A stretch of DNA of 64,000 nt from contig NIVC01000543.1 in NCBI GenBank assembly GCA_002269645.1, positions 186,001 to 250,000 of the forward strand, written 5' to 3'. The notes under the pieces were generated by a model, which was given only the letters and a program-made list of their open reading frames with translations, ran no database searches and was not told where the DNA came from. Both the position numbers and the translations under genes were made by a program. The stretch is from Macrostomum lignano. Lineage: Eukaryota. Position 1 is the stretch's first letter, and each line of letters starts with the position of its first letter. Below, in pieces: positions 23,273 to 35,433 of this stretch.

Positions 23273-25257
23273 TGCCGATCCCCCGATCGCAGAGTGCAGC
23301 GTGAATCTAAATACTCGATGAGATTCATCCTAGCATAACATGCGTATCGAATCTTCCTCTGTAAGAGTGGACTCATTCACCAAGAAAGAGTTTATTTTAA
23401 TAGAAGTGTATTAATTGCAATAATGATGCAATTAGTTTAATTTCCTAACCCATTTACTAATTTTAACTCAAAATTATTCGTTGCTCAGCTTTAAACAGAA
23501 AAAGCACTGCGGGAATGGAATTCAATGGGAATTCCTATACTCCTATAATCCTATACGCCTATTTTCAACTCGGCCCGGTTATATAAAAGTCCAAAAAAGT
23601 CTTCAATTCCATACGAGTGTACATGTAAGCTAGTTCTATGCTTGAACAGTGCTTCGAATGCCTTGAAGTACTGTACATGTGAGCAGCCCTGGAAAGGGAG
23701 GGGGAAGAGCTGGAAGAGGAGCAGAGAGGAGTAGAAAAGTAAGGGGGATTGTATCGTGCTGCTGAGACGAGCTTACATTGTAAACCGATAACTGGGACCC
23801 AAGCAGAAGCTCAGACTGTGCCTGCCCGCGGATGGCTTCCCGACTCCTCCAATCCCAACCCCTCAGCCCCGACCCCCGCTTCAACTTACGATAAGCTTGT
23901 GGTCACAAGTTGCCAAAAAGTCACGCAACTCTCTCACTATCTTACCAAATAATCTTTCTGACCTGATTATTTGCAAAACAGGCCGCAGAATACTGTAATT
24001 CTTAACCCATGGGCCATGATGTACTGCCGCCCGGCAGTATCTGGGTCTGGGTCGGCGGTTTTCAATGTTGCTGAGTTATCTGAGTATGTATATATGAATA
24101 TGATTAAGTTACCAGAAAAGAATGAACCGTAAAATCGAGTGTGCGGATAGCGGATAGAAGCTAATACTCGTAAATTTGGTCAAATTTCAAATTTCAATGG
24201 ATGTTAACAAAATGTGGGAGTGCTACTACTAACTTTGCTCGAAAAATCTGCGCATTTGGAATACTCTCTCATGACTCGAGTGAAGGCAGTGGTAATAGTA
24301 ATATAGTATGGAGGTCAGGCTGGCAAAGGTGAGCCCATATTCAGATTTTAGCTTCGCCAGCAATTATGTAACACAGCGCTGGCCAAAACGATTGCGTAGA
24401 TCGTACCGGTGCTATGCATAAGCTTTGTAGCGAGGCCTGTGACTAACAAAAGACAGACATGAATGGCAGGCTTGTGCAATGCATTGCATGATTACAATAC
24501 AATATGTTAAACCCACTAACCAGAAAAGCCTTGGGATCAAGCAGATGAAGTTTGAATCCGAGTGTACAGGCTGGCAGAGGAAAGCTCTTATGCGACCTTG
24601 GCGCCAGCCAATAGCAGCTGGGCGGCCGCACATTTCGTGATCAGTGTACGCACAACCCGCTGTACACCCTGGAATGAACACACTTGCTCATTCCCCTCTT
24701 GTTACCCACCCGCCCTTCATTTAAGACCGCCCCGGCCTGCCCCATTGCCTTGCATTCAGTTCTTCCCTTCCTCTGTCTGCCCCTTAGCGCAAGGCAGCGA
24801 GCCAGGGAAGTCGGAACCGGTTTGGCTCTTTGACCGAGAGGAAGGCGAGGAAAGTTACAAGCTTCTTGACCGCGAAGTGAGCTGAAGGCTAAACAAGGTA
24901 ATCGATTCTGTTTTTATTTGAATTTTCAATTTCAATATTTTTTATTGAAGCTTTAAGATTTGTGATCCATTAATTAATACTGGGCCTAAGAATCAGCAAA
25001 GTTTTTTGTTATTTCATCAGAATTAATAGCAGTTTGAGTGATCTGTCCGACACGAACGGAACAAAAACTGATTGAGCCTTCGATCAGCTAAATGGGGTAC
25101 TTGTGGAGTGAACTCCACTTGCGCACTTCAAGACTCCAATGCCAATGCTTTTATAAACCGGTACTTTCACCTCAGCTGAGCGAGCCCGGATGCGCTTGAC
25201 TCGCCTTTGGACTGCCACCCCGGCCCTGCCGGCACCCCGGTGAGAACCCAGGTTGGC

Positions 25258-26305
25258 ATGGACGAGGGCATTTCGGAGCCCGCGCTGCCGCAGGCCAGGG
25301 ACAGCAGCGGCTGCCCGGCTGGAGACTGCGGCTCCAGCAGCGAGGGCTCCGCCACATCGCAGGACAGCCTCGTGGCCTCCTCGGAGACGCTCAGCTTTGC
25401 CAGCGAGGACGCGCCGAACGATGAGGCACAGAAGCTGGACAGTCTGAGTCTGGCGCTGCAGGAGCTGCGCTACGAGAAGCTTCCCCCACCGCAGCCGCTG
25501 GCCATTCAGACTCAACGCCAGAAGCCGGTCGGTGCTAGCAAGCAGCTGCAGCAGCAGCGTCGCTCCTCTTCCATGAAGTCCCAGAAGACGCCGCCGGGCA
25601 CGCCGAACCAGATGAAGAAGGTCGTCCGCTTTGCCGATGCGTTCGGGCTCGACCTGGCTTACGTGAAGCACGTTTTCGATACCGAGAACCCGCCGGTGAT
25701 CCCACCGCAGGCTACTCGGGACCTTGATTTGCCCGAAGCTACAGCTGCCGCGATCTCCCGTCTCCGGTGAGCCGCGAATTCTGTTTTCCCAATTATTTCA
25801 TTTCCATAACTCGCTTTCTAATAAACTGCATTGAAGCAGGCCGGAGCCTCTTGAGCGACGCCTGTTCATTAGCCCATGCTTCGCTCAGCCCGGTGGCTGC
25901 GCCAGCTTCATGTCCCGCGTGCTGGCCCAGCGGGTGGTGCTGGAGCGGGCGAGCGCTACGCAGCCCAGCGGTCGCATTCACGGCCTCGTGCGCGTGGCCA
26001 ACCTGGGCTTCGAGAAGTCCGTGATGGCTCACGCTACCTTCGATGGCTGGCGCAGCTGCATCGACGTGCCCGCCGTCTATGTCGAGGGCTCCAGCACCGG
26101 CGCCACGGACCAGTTTTCATTCACACTGCCGCTGCCGCAGAGTTTCGGCGTGGGCGACCGGGTCTTCCTCTGCGTTCGCTACTGCATCGGCGGAGAGACC
26201 TTCTGGGACAACAACTTCGGTGAGAACTACGCCTTCGACTGCTTCGCTGTCAACACCGTCAGCGGCGGCGGCACCACCGGGCCCGCCTGCTCGCGTTTTT
26301 TGTGA
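25258..26305 (+). CDS. PPP1R3: Protein phosphatase 1 glycogen-targeting regulatory subunit (PPP1R3 family, CBM21), about 324 aa; exons 25258-25766 and 25840-26305
   Basis: RVxF motif KKVVRFADAFGLDL and CBM21 motifs GLVRVANLGFEKSV...TFDGW...DQFSF...FWDNNFGENY; phase-2 GT-AG intron 25767-25839. The start codon choice is uncertain. Confidence 0.92.
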
Positions 26306-27559
26306 GCTGCAGGCAGGGCTCAAGCTCAAGTGACCAACCCTCCCGAATCCCATCCCTAGTGCCCTAACAGATTCAGAATCTCCTCATGCGAAATATGTCG
26401 CTGTGATGTTAAATGCGATGATTTCGTTTCGAGTCGAATTTTACTTGAATTTCTCCCCCACTCTCCATATTATTTCCCTCTTCTGCTCCATAGAAATGTG
26501 TGGCCCTTGTAAAATTAATTTCCCGAGTTGTCCTTCAGCCCTGGTGAATGACTTTCAGTATCACGAGTTTTAGCTTCACAGGCTGAGGCGCTCGCAGCAG
26601 CCACAGAGCATCGCAGCTCTGAGCTACTCGATGCATCCTCATTGTTCCGGTCAGCTTCCTATAGTTTCCCGCCCCAGTCTTGCCATTGGTGTGACCTCAT
26701 TTAACCTCGTGTGTACGAAGCCGTCAACGCGTATAACTCTTCATTAACACTCAGTGCGGCTCTTGCGAATATTTCAATGTTTACCAATGATGCAGGACGA
26801 AACGGACTGCAACTTATTTGCACCCCAAGTGCTGGCCGGCTCCCCAACTGCTCTTTAAATTGAATTTTTCGGCCTTAGGCTGAGTCCTATTAGATTTTCT
26901 GTCTACAAAATTCAAATAGTTTTTTACTGTTGTTCTTTCATGATTTTTGCTCTTGCCTCAAGCAGCAGAGCGTCGCTCATCGCTCCTCATGTCGGGCTCG
27001 ATATTGGCCCGCCCCCGCACCGCTTAGCTCCCGATTCGCTCAAATTATCTAGCTCGTAGCCCCTCATATTTTCTCATTCTGCCTACAACAGTGTATTCTG
27101 AGCATAGCAACTAGGGTTAGGGTCTCTATTTTTAATAGTCGCTTGCTCGAGGCTGCCACCGCTTCAATGACATCGAGTTCGGAAGCTTTATTTAGTTCTG
27201 AAACTCGTTTCGAAATTGACTCCATAATTTTCCCTGTAGACAAATCAGTATGGCTCAGCTCCCAAGAAGCAACTTGGTACGCATTTTAGGGAGCTCAGCT
27301 TATTCATTTTTGTACTAGAAATATAGAAATTAGGCATTAGTAGGTGCGCACCTAGGTTGGCTCATTGGACTGTGCCCAGCGCTCCCTTCATTGCGTGAAA
27401 ATACACAGAATAGCCTAGCTGTGTTGCTTGCCGAGTATTTTGCTAAGCCTCCGCGAGCAAAAATCGAAAACGCTTCCAAGCGAACAAGTTGTTGCCTTGC
27501 TAAATTGCTTTGTTCTTCAACACTGTCCCTGACTTTATCACTTTCACTGACTTTCTGCC

Positions 27560-27860
27560 TCCTTCACCGACTCTTGGCCTAATTCACCGACTCTTCGCCT
27601 CCTTCACCGACTCCTGTCTTCTTCACCGACTCTTGCCTCCTTCACCGACTCTTGGCCTAATTCACCGTCTCTTCGCCTCCTTACCGACTCTTGGCCTCCT
27701 TCACCGACTCTTGGCCTCCTTCACCGACTCTTGGCCTCCTTCACCGACTCTTGGCATCCTTCACCGACTCCTGCCTTCTTCACCGACTCTTGCCTTCTTC
27801 ACCGACTTTTTACCTTCTTCACCGACTCTTGCCTCCTTCACCGACTCTTGGCCACTTAGC
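27560..27860. repeat. Minisatellite, 20-nt unit, about 14 copies
   Basis: ccttcaccgactcttggcct and variants. Confidence 0.93.
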
Positions 27861-28781
27861 CACCTTCAACGACTCTTAGTCAACTTCACTACCAACTCTT
27901 GGCCTCTGTCACCAACTTTTTAACCACCCCCATAGCCTCATCAACTCATGAGGAGGCAGACTTGTTCTCACTTTTCATATAACTCCTTGGCGCTGCAGTG
28001 ATCTCTAGTCACTTCTTTGACAACTCACTGATGGGAGAGTATGTTAAAATATTATATTTTAATCCTTAGGTTTATGTCACTTTAACACCCTTAAAATCGT
28101 CGAAAATTTCCCTCAGAAACGCTAATAACTGTTTTCCCATTTAGGATCCACTGAAAGCAAAATCGTTAATTCGAATAGTGTTAGATTCATTCCAAAGAAA
28201 AAATCCAGCAATTCTAGTCTTGAAGTCGCAGATAAAACAAAAGAGCTGCAAAACTGCAGCGGCTGCTTGCTGCTTGCGATCTCTTATAGACGGCTTAAAG
28301 AGCTCTTAAAATGCTAAATGTATGTACAGTCGAGCCGTCTCAGCTATTGCAAACTGATCACTCGCATTAGAGGCACTTCGCTTACATTCCTAAGCCATGT
28401 GTAAACTTAGAAATGAGAAAAAGCTACAGAAATAAAAATGCTGCAATAAGAGATACAAACAAAGGGAAAATAATTCAAAGCGGGCTCGTCAGCACCTCAC
28501 TCAAGATGCACCAAAATACGCATGAAAGCTAGTGAACAAACTGAGGAGAATAGGCTTGCAGGCTCAACTGCACAGTCATTCCTCAACAGCTAATAACACG
28601 CTAATAGCAGAATGGTAAACTAAACAAAGTTTCCGTGCATATTTACATGCATATACATTTATAAACTTACTTTCCCTGTACTTAATTTTGTCTATGAGCG
28701 GCGTGAACCCTTGGCATTTGTGGTGTAAATTATTTCGCCTCGAAGATGCATTCCTCAGCCTGCAGGAAAAGTAAAACCGTA

Positions 28782-29654
28782 TCACGGGGTCCTGAGGCAC
28801 CGCGTCAACAACTCCGCGAGACAGTTTCGAAGTCTATTGAGAACGCCATTCACACCTTCACCGGCCTTGACGCTGAATTCCTCCCTGCCGAGTCCTTGAG
28901 CCTCCACGTTTGCCGTCTGGCTGCGGGAGGACGCAGCGACAGTTACTGCCTTCTGAGTCTTGGAATCCGAGACGCTTATCCCGCCTTCCTGATTCACAAT
29001 CACAAAGCTGTTCTCATTGTCCGCTTCATCACTGACAGGAGTCTTCACTGTCTCGTAGACATCAGCCGCCGGTGGCAGTGCCACGGCCAAGACAGTTTGC
29101 CCAGACATCCGGTCTGAATCACTGCAGCTCATCTCGGCGGTAATGCCACCCGATGCGGGAGTTGCATAGCTGGTTGGCTTGCTCACACCACTGCAGCCGC
29201 TGCTGCGGATGGTGATGCAGATTGAATGCTGGCTGGTTCCTTCGCGACTGTTAGACCCCACCCGAGCTGACTGGCTGGCTGCCAAAGAAGAAAGCTCGGC
29301 CTCTACCGATGCGGTCCTGTAGCCACTGCTGCCGTGACTGCGCCCTGCGGTTGAGGCCGTCCTTGAGGTGCTGCAGAGCGGCAGGTAGGTCCAGGATGAC
29401 TGGTGCAGCCGTCTGGGCCTCTGCTGCGGCTGCCGCTTACGGAGCAGTAGGCGGGATTTCTGAATGTCGTAGCGGACGATGCCGACCGATGTCCAAGTCG
29501 ATGTTGAAGCTGAGGTCTTTGCCTTGTGGCGCGTCGGTGACCGGCTTTTAATCGGCATGTCCGCTCTCTGCTTCACTGCTGCTGGCATTAGCGGAGAGGC
29601 TGTGCGCACTGAGCTGCACCACTGCTCTGATCGAACGAAGCTTCTTGAACTCAT
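28782..29654 (-). CDS. Possible orphan Ser/Thr-rich protein, 290 aa, no recognised domain
   Basis: 873-nt ATG-initiated ORF in non-repetitive GC-rich sequence flanked by AT-rich DNA; I recognise no motif. Confidence 0.35.
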   Translation of the reverse strand: MSSRSFVRSEQWCSSVRTASPLMPAAVKQRADMPIKSRSPTRHKAKTSASTSTWTSVGIVRYDIQKSRLLLRKRQPQQRPRRLHQSSWTYLPLCSTSRTASTAGRSHGSSGYRTASVEAELSSLAASQSARVGSNSREGTSQHSICITIRSSGCSGVSKPTSYATPASGGITAEMSCSDSDRMSGQTVLAVALPPAADVYETVKTPVSDEADNENSFVIVNQEGGISVSDSKTQKAVTVAASSRSQTANVEAQGLGREEFSVKAGEGVNGVLNRLRNCLAELLTRCLRTP

Positions 29655-29847
29655 TATTGACTATACCGCTCTCTGTAGCGGGCGTGCTGAGGGCAATTGG
29701 CTTCTACTTTTAATAGACAAAAGCCAACTTCTAGCCATAGACATGTTAACCCTTTGTATGTTCTAGAATCGGTCTGTTTGCCTCAGTAACGGCAAAATTA
29801 AATTGAAATTTTACCTTGCAAAAGCATAGGCTGGAACAATGGTAGAT

Positions 29848-29935
29848 TGCGTAGTAGGTAAGGGACTGAAATAATGGCCAAACAAGAGTGCGCTACGCCC
29901 CTTAGCGCACCTTAACCCCTCACCTACTACGCAAC
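29848..29935 (-). mobile_element. Helentron/HINE-like terminus
   Basis: 8-bp hairpin gtgcgcta-cgcccct-tagcgcac (29888-29910) followed on the minus strand by CTTGTTT, plus an inverted ttgcgtagtaggt pair (about 29848 and 29925). Confidence 0.35.
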
Positions 29936-29956
29936 GTCAATGTCTATAAGACACAC

Positions 29957-30508
29957 ATATAGCGACGCAGAGAGTTGCACAGAAAAAAAGAGATCTATAG
30001 CTAGACTTTGCGCGGACGCGTTCGCAGAACAACCGAGAGGGGCAAGTCATGGCGGACTGGGGGCTGAGCCCGACGGTCTGCAAGTCAGTCAGAAACATAT
30101 CATTTAGCGTCACAGTTCGGCCTTGGCCACGGCGCAGGCGCTCAGTGGGCTGATGCAGGAGAGCCAGCGCCAGAGGATTTTGCTCGCCGCGGCCGTGGCT
30201 TCTTAGGCAGTGGCCAAGTAACAGCTGACGGCGTTTACGGATAGTGCAGCTGAGCGCGGGAACACCAGCGCGAGTCATCAGGTCCCTGGTCGGAACACTA
30301 TCAGGGTAGTGCACGCCCAGGGCATAGCGGAGCAGCGACCTGTAGTGGGCATCCAGTGCTTGCTGTCGCGTCGCAGTCATTGGCACAGCCTCCATGCCAT
30401 ATAGGAGAATCGGCTCAACGGCAGTGCGGAAAAGGCGCATCTTTAGGTCGTCGCGAGCGGTTGAATTGAAAACGCTCCTGAGCATGCGTGCCGCACGCCA
30501 GGCCTGAG
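29957..30508 (-). mobile_element. 5'-truncated RTE-like non-LTR retrotransposon 3' end
   Basis: Near-identical to about 49615-50166; encodes RLFRTAVEPILLYGME; ends in tctgcgtcgctata(t). Confidence 0.88.
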
Positions 30509-30621
30509 GCCATTATTTCAGCATAGCGTGGTCTGGCGGCCATTATTTCAGCGTGCCGGAAGCGGTCATTATTTCACACTTTTTATTACGCTTTAATTGG
30601 CTGTTTTGTGAGTTATTTTAC

Positions 30622-31262
30622 CCATAGACGACTGAGATGTGTCTTAGTTTGACCATAGACAACACTGTGATGAGTGCTGATTTCGTTTGCGTCTCGCAAG
30701 AAATCAGGAAAGCGGGTAGTATTAATACGAGTGAAAGCTATTTGTCTTGTCAAGCAACTATGGCTGGTGCATCTCGTCAAACAGCCCCGCTTATTACTTG
30801 GAAAAATCTTCCTGTCGACGACTGAACGAACCGTGCGACCTATGCTTCAGTGGAGATGACACAGGAGATGCGGGTGAAGCATGGTAAGCATAATATGTCA
30901 AAAATTGTAAGTAAATTTGTGGCTATACTAATGGCTATATAGAAACTGAATTTTTACATTGTCTATTAATCTGCAGGTCGGATGGATTAGGAACGCGCAG
31001 TTCGCTTCTTCGAGCACTGCCACTTCAAGAATTGCACGTTTCAGTTTTAATGAGCAGCTTCTGATGAACAGTCTATGACTACTGTGCTGTTTTTGTGCTT
31101 AATGTGTGCGTTTTCCATTGTTTAGCAATTTGACGATCATTATTCGCATATTTAATGCAGAACAATCATTACTACAAACAATGCATTGTCTGTAGGATCG
31201 TCAAACAGAAAAACAATGCAAAGAATCAGCGGTCGCAGCACGTGACAACGATTTGTCTATGG
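30622..31262. mobile_element. Putative non-autonomous element(s) bounded by CCATAGAC...GTCTATGG
   Basis: ccatagac at 30622 and 30653, gtctatga near 31073, gtctatgg at 31255-31262. Confidence 0.35.
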
Positions 31263-31352
31263 CTCGCGCGCGTTTGTTGCTAAAATGTCTTGACTATCCT
31301 TTTTTTAGTGTATTCCAGAATGCCATGTAGACTGTTTGCGATTAATCAGTTA

Positions 31353-32518
31353 TTCCTTTTTGCGGCCTAGTTGGTGCTGCAAGCTTTCGATTTAATCATA
31401 GATACGGAAATCAGACTTGCAAGACAGAAAATTTTCTGTCCATGGTCGACACTCGCTGGCATAGCGGAGTTCAATTTAATCCCCGGCATGGCCTAGCCAA
31501 TAGTCTATGACCGTCATTTAACAGGCCGGGCCAATAAAAAAGTAATTTCTTCGATCGGGCCATTAAGCGGCCTTTGGAAAAATTCAAATTAAGGATAAGT
31601 ATAACTTAATATATATTGGTTTATTATCGAATAACGCAAAACATACTGAACTGTTTTTAATAAGCATGGCAAAACAACAAGACTTCAACAGCTGGCAGAT
31701 ATACTCGTACCTCACAAAAATTGTTACACGAAACTCTCAAGTCTACACGATATTCATTAGTCGAAATAGATCACTACCTTGTTGTTGACTCCGTCAGCTT
31801 CTATTCTCATTCTCTTGCTTTTCGGTTCCGGAACAGAAATTCCAACCTTCTCTAGCACGACGACAGCCGTTTCCTTGGCGTCAGGAGCCACCAGAGGCGT
31901 CTCTGGACCGTCTGCAACCAGAGCCACAGCCAGAGCCGTTACGTGGTGTATCGTTCACCTTTGTGGGTTCTCACTTCAAATACAAAAAACTTGAGCAGGT
32001 TCCAGAAGTTCATCAATGATCTGGTGCAAAGCGTAAAGAGTCGTGATGTACCTGATGGTGAGGAGTTCTATGTGATCATGGATGGAGCCCGTTTTCATCA
32101 TGGAGTGACAATCCCATTCAAATTTCAGCCCACTTGGCGACTGGTGACATTGCCTCCTTACTCGTCGTTCCTCAATCCTGTGGAGAACGCGCACGCCTGC
32201 CTGAAGGCAGCCATCAAACGCCAGCTGGCTCAACCACAATTGCAAGAGAGCTGGACACTCCGCCTGATGGTCATTCGCTACGAGAGTGGCGAATCCTTGT
32301 CCTACAGAGGGTTGCAAAGGAAGCGAATTTTGTTTCAACACAGGATATCGAACGTTATATGATTAGAATGATCAAATTGATGCCCCCAGGATTAAATTGA
32401 ACTCCGCTATGCCAGCGAGTGTCGACCATGGACAGAAAATTTTCAGTCTTGCAAGTCTGATTTCCGCATCTATGATTGAATTGAAAGCTTGCAGTACCAA
32501 CTAGGCCGCAAAAAGGAA
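31353..32518 (+). mobile_element. Defective IS630/Tc1-mariner superfamily transposon with about 140-bp TIRs and TA target duplication
   Basis: TIRs about 31353-31488 and 32380-32518 (few mismatches), TA at 31351-31352 and 32519-32520. DDE remnant YVIMDGARFHH...LPPYSSFLNPVENA (31943-32362). Confidence 0.85.
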
Positions 32519-34327
32519 TAATAAATGCATAGTTAACTAATCGTCTATGGTTCAAACGCCTGCTAAAGCTGAAATATTGGCCAGGAGTTTGTCATTACGC
32601 CAAGGCTGTGTCTTATGGACAATTTTCGATTGTGTCTATGTGGTTTCGGAGTCAAACAAACCAAAACCATACGCACAGGCACATTGTCGCTAGTCAGTGC
32701 TTTTAGATAATATTTTGTCTACATGTAATGGTAAAAACTATTGCAACTTTTAATTCACTTTATAGCCTGTGGTTCTAGCGTCACTTCTGGATAATGTCAT
32801 TGAGTTCTGGATAATGTCCGCGACTTGTGGAGAATTTCCACTACTTAATTCAGAAAAACAGCATATACCAAACAGTAACACAAAACAATACAACAATGCA
32901 CAGAAGCAAAACGGTGACAAGAAACACAAAGAAATACAGTCAAATTTCAAGAGGGCTAAAGTCTATCGAAATATTTTGGCTTGTAATGTCAGTTGCACAT
33001 TAATTCTCACAGACTGAATTGGTTGCACGTGCAGTTTTGCATCACGAAGATGTTCTTGCCATTTGGATGAGCGTTTGCGAAATTGACCGCCTCCTGGACT
33101 CGTGATCTAGGCGTTGCTGAATTTAGCCAAATCGTGCCACCACCCATTATCCCGAGTTTTGACCTTCGTCTAACCACCCTCACGAATGCATTTTTAGTAT
33201 CCTTAAATGATTACGAGTATTTCGAAGGGTGGAATAATGCGGATACAGCGTGGGACAGTAAGCAATGCACGTAGCTATAAAGACTCGTTCACAACGCCAC
33301 GAAATAAGCCATCAGATCGCAAAACTGATGTACGCTCGTGCAAAGCATAGAAAATACACACACAAGCTGCATGATCACACGAAATATGATCGGATTAGAT
33401 GTCTTATGTAGCATAATTATTGTAATTGGTACGAAACTACTACAGAGTCTGAATTTTAGACAATGCATAAGATTTCTGGCGCCAACTTTGCTAAAAAGTA
33501 TGCTGCAGCTTTTTAGCCTTGTTGGCGCTCTATAGTGTGAGGTATGTACGATGTATAGGACCGTCCGTAAAGGTCGTGTGTAAGCTAATCTAAATACACT
33601 TTGTTTCGCACTTTCAGCGAAAGCTTCAAGTCATTCGAATTCCTATGGCTTTCATTTGAATTCAGTCTGCAGGAATTTCGGGACTCTCAACACTTTTTAT
33701 ATTTTCATTTACGCTCATAATGTTATTAAATTTGCAACAACAAAAACCGTTTGTTCGGCCGATCGTTCGCCTGGTGCTCAGGGAGAGTTGCTTGACTGAT
33801 ATACAAGGCTTAACTCTCACAGTGAGCTGTTATTCATGCAACAATTGGATAGTGTCTTTCTTAAATAAGAAGTGTGAAAGTCGCAAGATCGCAAGAAAGT
33901 CGCAACAGCGGCACGTGTTGTCCTGGGATCGAGCTCATTACTGTAGCAATCTTTGAGATCTCAGGATTGGATTGACGAATAGCGAAGTCATTCTACAGTG
34001 ACTTGCGCGAAATCAAAGCCACGTTCTATTTTCAGAATTACAGCGCAATTTCACAACAATAATATGTACATGTAGGAAAACAAATCTAACAGGTAAAAGA
34101 GAATATAAACGTGTTTTAGCAGAGCAGAAGTTGGAGGAAAACCAGGCAAACTCGGCCCTTCCTGCCCTGGTAGGCATATTAAATTAAATTTAACATTGTG
34201 CAGTGTATAGATTGCAATAGTGTATGGGTGTACATGAGTGTACATGGTGTACATACGTAAATAAGACAGTCCATATTCACACTTTGCTCAAAAGCATTTG
34301 CTTCACATAACTCTGTTAATGCCGCTA

Positions 34328-34608
34328 CCACAGATCTTATGTTCCCTAGATAAGCCACTCAGCGACCACAAACTATTGTCTTTGTTGACAATTAATTTGC
34401 GACCACGGTATCTGGTCAGTAGCTTGTATTTTCAGTATAATGCTTGCAAATGATGTACATTTCACTTGAAATTGTTATTCAAACAAAACAGTTAAACATG
34501 CAAACGAAATGCAAGAAAGGATAAACATTTTTGTTGCAATTTGCGTGCTCGGTCTTTTCTTATTGAATGCATTGAGAGTGGCCTATCTAGGGAATATAAG
34601 ATCTATGG
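34328..34608. mobile_element. MITE, 281 bp, about 33-bp TIRs with CCAYAGAT termini
   Basis: ccacagatcttatgttccctagataagccactc versus gagtggcctatctagggaatataagatctatgg. Confidence 0.8.
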
Positions 34609-34617
34609 ACCTGGTCA

Positions 34618-34786
34618 CTACAGATTTAACATGCTGAATGTGTAAGCCAAAGGCTCGTACGTACTAGTTATTGAACAGACCACATTCATGCAGCTGCATG
34701 TCCCTACAGATTTAACATGCTGAATGTGTAAGCCAAAGGCTCGTACGTACAGTTATTGAACAGACCACATTCATGCAGCTGCATGC
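34618..34786. repeat. Direct tandem duplication of about 85 nt
   Basis: ctacagatttaacatgctgaatgtgtaagccaaaggctcgtacgtac...cacattcatgcagctgcatg occurs twice. Confidence 0.92.
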
Positions 34787-35433
34787 ATTTGCGCATTTGC
34801 TGGTACTCGCTCACAACTGTAGCCATCAAGTCTGCCAAAAAGCTCTGACAATTAAAAACCAAAGCATCAATAAATCGCATGCGAATTACATTTGTTAAAA
34901 CTGAATTCTAATAAACTTGCGCCATCAGTTTGCGCGGTGTGGATTTTACGCAAACAAAGCCGCAGGCTGTACAGCACTCTAAGCGAATACTGTTTCAATA
35001 TTATTTTGTTTTACGTGTCTCTGACCCCTGGGTCTCAGATTCGCATAGCTGTGCTCCAGAATGTCTGCAATGAGTTTGGTGAATGCTCAGCTATTTAGTT
35101 TGTTCTATCGCTGTTGTAGCTACGCGTGTAGATCAGGGGCTAATGATTAATGCAAAAAACTCCGAAGCAATTAATTCAAAGTAACACAGGTTTTATACAT
35201 GTAGATCTCAAGGTTCGCAGGAGTCCTCCGGTATAGCAGAGCGTCCAACTGTAGCTGCTCACGTAGCTCATCTACCAGCAGCTCACATGACATTGCTCAC
35301 CTATGCATGCATGTACGCGCACTGTACACTCGTGCGAGTCGCCAAAGCTCATCTACATGTACGAGCTTCATGTACAAGAGCCGTACAAGGCTCACCCAGC
35401 AGAACTCACTTGTCGAACAGTCGCACTCAACGC

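Noticed and set aside
30975-31051. FFEHCHFKNCTFQF* peptide resembling the tails of Crypton/DUF3504 proteins
   Set aside because: Only about 18 aa, preceded by an in-frame stop, with no recombinase motifs nearby.
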